DNA of 64,000 nt from positions 1,178,001-1,242,000 of the forward strand of contig AP026136.1 of NCBI GenBank assembly GCA_030295235.1, in the 5' to 3' direction. Of this stretch, positions 57,968 through 64,000 are shown in pieces. The DNA comes from Fistulifera solaris (lineage: Eukaryota). The notes under the pieces were generated by a model, which was given only the letters and a program-made list of their open reading frames with translations, was not told the DNA's origin and made no database searches. Position 1 is the stretch's first letter; each line of letters begins with the position of its first letter. The translations under genes and the position numbers were made by a program.

Positions 57968-59846
57968 TTAGAACTTAATGTGCAAAAGAAGAGCGATCGG
58001 TGCAACAAGCCAAGCTGCATTTTTCTGACGGTGAGATGAGCTAGATGCCGTAATCTCTTCCGTGCCCTCAATGGCGTCATAGTTGGTGGCTCTGTCTCCG
58101 TCAATGGGGTCCAAGATAGCTTGACAGTCGATTTCACCGCATCCCGCTTCGCGCTCAATGCATGCCCAGTATGTTGCTTCTTCAACGGAACATTGCTTAC
58201 AGCAACCACGCATAGCACAGGAAGCCAACTTCATTGGATCGCAAGTGAGAGATGGGTCCATCATGTACTTCAAATCTTCCGGTTGAACTCTCACGGCGAC
58301 CTTTCCGCAAGTTGGGAAACAATACAAAGGTTGGTTCGCAATACATTCTTGATAACTGGCCAGTTCATTGGGGCATGTGAGTCCTCCTGAATTTGAACTT
58401 GATGAACCCGATCCACCAACATTAACATTCTGGTTACTGTTCATTCCGCTCGTGTTATTTGAGGTTGTTGACGAGTTAGTGGAATTGTTCACGACAGATG
58501 TGCCTTCGTTGGTGGTGGTATTTTGCGATGAAGACTGGCTGCTAGAGCTGTTGTTGACGACAGGCTTATCGTTAGTTGCTGGGGCGACGCCTTGTCCACT
58601 CGATCCTCCTGCAATAGGCTTTGTGGTATTAAATGTTCCACTCGAACCCCCCTGTAACAGGCGTTGTGGTATTGCTCGACCCATTCGAATCTCCTGTAAC
58701 AGGGTTTGTGATATTATTCGTCCCACTCGACCCTCCTGTAGCAGGCTTTGTGGTATTGGTCACACCCGTTGATTCACTCGTAGTAGGCTTTGTGGTGTTA
58801 GTTTGCCCACTAGAACCTCCAGTGATAGGTTTCGTAGCGTTTTGACAATCACAGTCACCGTCCGACGGTGCGGCATCTCCATTTGAAGTATTGTTCGCCG
58901 TGGTGGTGCCAGATCCTCCCGTGACGGGTGTTGTTCCTTCGTTGCCCTCGACAGGAGGCGTCTGATACCCGGTAGGAATAGAACCAGATCCGGTACTAGT
59001 GGGAGCGGGGACATCTCGGCAATCAATGGCACCACATCCTGTTTCGCGCTCGATACAGAACCAGTATAGAAATTCTTCCAAAGCACAGTCTTCGCAACAG
59101 CTGCGTTGAGCGCACGACGCAATCTCCATCGGAAGGCACAGAACTGAGGGATCTGACACTTCCGTCAAGTCGTCCGCCTTCAGTGTTACGTCGACATTCG
59201 CACAAGACGTTGCACATGACTTGCTTGCCACACATTGCTTAAAAATACCCAACTCTCCAGGACACGTCAGCTCTTCCGAACCCGAAGTGTTTGAACCACT
59301 ACTTCCAGCCGAATTATCCGGGTTCGTTCCTGAGTTAGTGTTGTTCTGTAGAGGCGGCTCTCCACTTTGCCCGTCGCCGTTCTCCCCATTGTTCGTGTTG
59401 CTCCCCTGTCCGTTCGATCCGCCCGTGTTTGAAGTCGATATATTCTCCTCTTCGGTTGGAGTTTCTTCTTCTTGTGGCTCGTCATCAGGAGCCAAGACTG
59501 CTTCGCAGTCAATTTCACCGCATCCTGCTTCGCGCTCAATGCATGCCCAGTATGTTGCTTCTTCAACGGAACATTGCTTACAGCAACCACGCATAGCACA
59601 GGAAGCCAACTTCATTGGATCGCAAGTGAGAGATGGGTCCATCATGTACTTCAAATCTTCCGGTTGAACTCTCACGGCGACCTTTCCGCAAGTTGGGAAA
59701 CAATACAAAGGTTGGTTCGCAATACATTCTTGATAACTGGCCAGTTCATTGGGGCATGTCAGCTGTGCATTGACAAGGGTCGTCCCCTGAAGCATCAAGA
59801 AAGACGCGATGAAGATTAATCGTTGTGTTGATAAGTATTTGTTCAT
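57968..59846 (-). CDS. Secreted, putatively GPI-anchored protein with three 12-Cys modules and S/T/G/N mucin-like linkers; one extra base at C6 58647-58652
   Basis: ORFs 58629..59846 and 57968..58726 join at PVTGG|SSGTFNTTKP. It has a signal peptide, a 45-bp repeat array and a hydrophobic tail AAWLVAPIALLLHIKF. Confidence 0.85.
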
Positions 59847-60929
59847 GCTTATTCGTATTTTATGAGCTCGGATGCAAGATTTCTTTTTCTTCCTCTTGCC
59901 ATTTTGTGGCGAGATGCACGATAAAATCAGACTTCTTTCAGAATGTCGGAGTATGTATCTAACGCAAACTCACGATTGAGACAGCGACCACTTCGCTATA
60001 ATCCAAAACGTCATCAAGTTTTTTGCTTGCCAAAATTTCAAACTGTCACAGCGGGTTGCTAACAACTCAAAACCGGTTCTTTTTTCGTGGGAAAGTCCGT
60101 TTGGCGTTGGGCGGCGCACCCAATTTTGTGTGACGTGTTATCCGTTATCCCTACTGCATCCGTTATATATCTCCCTTTCACCCCTCCTGCCTCCTGCGCG
60201 CACTATCTGAAAAAGTGTAGGCTTGAGAAGCTGTGACTCACCTCTGATGCAGTCCCGTCAGCTGTTGTCCACATTCACCTATCATACGTAGTAGAATTTT
60301 TTTTACCAAGTAATTTTTGAGGACCCATTCATGCCAAGCCCCTTCAACGACAACATTGGATTGCATGATGCCGCCGTTTGTCCAAGGCACTATCTGATAA
60401 AGTGTCTGTCTTCTGTCACACCTTCAACACTCCTTATCTCGGCTCTCGTCCAAAACCCGAAACCTTCCGTTCTTTGTCCTTTCGTCGCTCGTCGCACCTT
60501 TTTGCAAAAATTGTTCGTCCGTCGTGACACATCTTTCAAAATTGCTGCGCGGCTGAAAACGATACACCATCAACCATCATGCTGTTGATAACTAGCAACG
60601 TAAAAAAGCATTTGGACTTGAATAGATTACAATACGACTTGTCTTTACTTGTTGAAGCTGATAAGAAACGCATCGTCCCGTTGATTACAAAAGAAAAAGA
60701 AAAAACTTAACTAAATGTCGTCCGCAGCAGCTCGTCAAAAGCCGGTGGTTTTCGGTTATAGCCGTGTTCGCCTGCGTCGTATCGTCGAAATGCAGTTTGG
60801 AATTGTAAAGCCTCTTGAATCGGTGCATTAGGAGTGAGAAAAACTTCGCTGAGACGTACTTTCTTTGAAGTGCAAGACAGCCTGTTTACGGTGGAGCCAA
60901 TGACCCGCGTTTGTGTTCGTTGCATGACA

Positions 60930-63110
60930 AGGCGGACCCTGGTTATTTCGGTTACATTGAGTTAGCTCGCCCTGTCTATCACTAAGGCTTCATTGATCGA
61001 ACGGTTAAAGTGCTTCGGTGCATCTGTCACAAGTGCAGCCGAATTCGCATTGCCGAAGATGACTTCAAGTACCAGAAGCGTGTGCAGATCAACAGCAAAA
61101 AAAAACGTCGATTAGATGCCTTGGCAGAGCTTTTGCGCTACAAGAAGAAATGTGATCACTGTCAGGCGCCTTTGCCCAGACATAGATTCCGGTAGATGCT
61201 TTGTGAGGCATCGGGGGAGACTCGAAGCAGTACTTGAGTGGCGAGACGGCTGTCAAGATCTTGAAGCAGATTCGCGAACAGGATATCCCCACGTTGGAAT
61301 TGCATCCACAGCACGCGCTACCCGATTGGCTCTTGGTCCAAGTGTTGCCGGTTCCGCCGTTGCGCGATCGTCCCACTATCGTGACAGGTGGGACGGCCTC
61401 GGAAGGCGACTTGACGCATCAGATTGTCAATGTCGTCAAGTCCCATTTGAGTCTGAAGCAGGCTCATGAGAGCGGAGAACCTAACATCCTCAAGGAACAG
61501 TTCGAGTTTGCATTGTAGCAGAATTTGCGGCATTTATGAACAACGAGATCCGTGGGCTTCCGCAAATTACCCAGCGCAGTGGACGCCCCTTGAAAACGAT
61601 TGCGCACCGCTGGAAAGGCAAGGAAGTCCGCATCCGTGATAACTTGATGGGAAAGCGCGTGGATTTCTCTGCCCGTACTGTCATTACTGCTGATCCCAAC
61701 TTGGGTATTCAGCAAGTTGGTGTTCCTCGAAGTGTCGCCATGAATTTGACTGTGCCGGTTAGAGTCATCGCTTTCAATATGCATGAACTCAGTCAGACCG
61801 TCGCGAATGGTCCGACGCAACACCCAGGTGGGAAGCATATCATTCAAAGCGAGTTGCTCTTGTCTCATGGATGGATTGTGGAACGTCAAAGATGTCGTTT
61901 TGTTCAATCGACAGCCTTCATTGCACAAAATGAGTATCATGGGGCACCGCGCCAAGGTGCCGTTTGAACCTGAGTTGTACGTCGCCCTACAATGCCGACT
62001 TTGACGGCGATGAAATGAACTTGCGCGTCACTCAGAGTTTGACGGCACGAGCTTAAGCCGAATTCATTTCAATTCAGTCAAAGCCATGGTTCAAGCCGGT
62101 TCGAAGGGTAGCTTCATCGCTATTTCCCAGATAATTGCTTGTGTAGGAGAGCAAAACGTCGAAGGAAAACGTATTCCTTATGGTTTTAAGAAGCGCAGTC
62201 TACCCCATTTTTCGAAAGACGACATTGGTAGCGAGTCACGTGGTTTTGTCGAGAACTCGTATCTGAGAGGAGTATCTCCTCAATAATTTTTCTTTCATGC
62301 GATGGGTGGACGAGAAGGTCTCATTGACACGGCCTGTAAAACTGCTGAGACAGGTTATATTCAGCGCCGACTTGTGAAAGCTATGGTGACTGTCATGACT
62401 AGGTATGACGGAACACTACGAACATCCTCAGGGCAAATAGTTCAATTTTTATACGGTGAAGACAAAATGGACGCATGGTGGATTGAAAAGCAAAGATTTG
62501 ATTCGTTGACGCTGAATAAGGTCTCTAATGCTCGTTATCGGATGGACACTACCAACACCGATTTCCGTCTTGACGAACAAGGGTTACCTTTTTCTTCAAT
62601 CCGAGTTGCTTGAAGACTGTCGCCGTGAGCCTGAAGTGCAGATATTATTGGACAAGGTGCTTGAAACTATTCGAGATGATCAAGCTACACTTCGCATTAT
62701 CATGAAGTATCGCGAGCCCAATCGTGAATCAGATCCAACATCTTATGCTCCAGGCAACGTGTTGCGTGTGATCAACAATGCCATTCGATAATTTAGATTA
62801 GATCGCAGCAAACCCAGCGACTTGCACCCCAAGCAAGTGATAGAAGCGGTGTCATCGCTACTGGATCGATAAGTAGCTGTAGTCGGTGATGACCCGCTTT
62901 CCGTTGAAGCGCAAGCCAACGCTGTACTGTATTTTGATCCGCAGTCTTCTCGCCTCGAAGCGTGCTATCGGCCAGTTCCGCCCGACTAAAGCCGCGCTCG
63001 AATGGGTTGTGGGAAAAATCGAAACACGCTTCTTTGTGGCAAAAGTGTCTGCAGGCGAAATGGCCGGTGTCTTGGCTGCCCAATCTATTGGTGAGCCTGC
63101 TACCCAGATA
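60930..63110 (+). pseudogene. RPB1: RNA polymerase II largest subunit pseudogene (in-frame stops, frameshifts, internal deletions, no C-terminal region)
   Basis: [56 protein letters not shown] (61991-62020), [24 protein letters not shown] and AQSIGEPATQ. Stops at 60983, 61516, 62054, 62284 and 62789. Confidence 0.92.
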
Positions 63111-63729
63111 CGAGCCCCGCGTATTCCTTCCAATACAGTCCTACATCACCTGCTTACTCTCCGACAAGTCCAGCGTACTCCCCAAATCGCGAGGAGTGAC
63201 TGTAAGGGACGAAATAGGTCGAGATTTGTTGTAAGATGGACTTTTTTAGAGCAAAAATTGATAAAAATGAGGGTTCTAACGGGTCTATCTTTGCCAGCTT
63301 TTGTCACTTTAGAACAGCAGATAGATAGAGTCTTGCTCCCCTCGGCCGATTCGGTCCAAATTCAAGGCCTCCTTATTTTCGGTACTAAGAAAGAAATAAG
63401 TCACATTGAACTGAGTAATTCTTCGGATGGATACACTGATATATATTTGATTGCATAGATAAATTCAATCTAGTCGATTTGGGCTGAAAAGGTAGCTGTT
63501 ACAATAATGAGGGGAGCAATTAAATGTCTTAGCGGTAATAAATACTAATTAGACACGGTGCGACATAATGTTGCCATTGAGGCTGAAGGCGTGACTAAAC
63601 GTAATCAATAAATCGTCCTTGGTACCGGTACCGGTACCAATAAAGTACGGAATAATTGTCATTGTTGCATTTCGACACAAATGCATTTGGTTGCATCGCA
63701 TTACTTGTAAGTATTTGTGAAATCTCAAC

Positions 63730-64000
63730 ATGAATGCTGCCACCCAAATTCTAGTATCGACATCTTATAAGGATAAATGCAATCAATCAGATATTTCAAG
63801 ACAGGCAAATCGACCCAAAAATCCTTTAGCCGTGACAGCGTTGCAGTTACTCCAGCAAAGACAAGAACAAAACAATACAAATAAAAATTCTTTTCATTGA
63901 TACCGCATTCCGAAGAGCCATGGCTACGACTGAATTTCCCTGGAATCTATGAGTTGACGGGTTCTGCTGGTTCAGGCAAAACTCAATTGGCATTACAATG
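63730..64000 (+). CDS. 5' part of a RecA/Rad51-paralog (XRCC3-like), truncated by the window end
   Basis: AVTALQLLQ followed by GIYELTGSAGSGKTQLALQ (Walker A); the frames join if one T is added at 63891-63894. Confidence 0.75.

Noticed and set aside
60930..63110. Stop-codon reassignment or RNA editing rescuing the RPB1 copy, or a functional Pol IV/V-like enzyme
   Set aside because: The stops co-occur with frameshifts and large deletions, and TAA/TAG terminate normal genes elsewhere in the window.
63618..63640. ACCGGT/GGTACC short repeats (also ~93, ~8260, ~31185, ~31680) and TTCG repeats at ~15243
   Set aside because: Low-complexity intergenic microsatellite-like motifs with no further supporting structure.
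1..64000. tRNA, rRNA or autonomous transposase/reverse-transcriptase genes
   Set aside because: None were recognised by eye; small structured RNAs could have been missed without covariance-model searches.

Overview
Compact, intron-poor eukaryotic DNA, almost certainly a pennate diatom. The evidence is short GT-AG introns with CTCAC/CTAAC branch points, bipartite 'A-F' plastid presequences and diatom-type gene families; a Fistulifera-like source is only a guess. About 30 protein-coding loci are present: two tandem ankyrin paralogs, a head-to-head pair of Tyr/Asp-rich single-pass membrane paralogs, ribosomal P1 and P0, GDPD, a Tub-domain gene, a cyclophilin-like gene, TypA/BipA, a CABLES-like cyclin, PHF5A, eIF2-gamma, a GST-omega-like gene, a UBL-membrane gene, an AA15-like LPMO, a HAD 5'-nucleotidase, AdoMetDC, a truncated globin, Nup50, an LRR protein, a family of secreted 12-Cys-module proteins and the start of a Rad51 paralog. 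Also present are a decayed RNA polymerase II RPB1 copy, two decayed members of a multicopy family, a hAT-type MITE, a 33/34-bp minisatellite and a dispersed ~228-bp repeat bounded by a palindromic motif. The most striking signal is in the AdoMetDC leader: a spliced uORF (MLPVPIVVFFVPFLLAVPGPAKAYPS*) ends in the polyamine-sensing PS-stop motif, and its UAG is in frame with the main ORF. Caveat: many genes carry single-base indels in homopolymer runs, most likely assembly errors. All family assignments come from motif recognition, not database searches.
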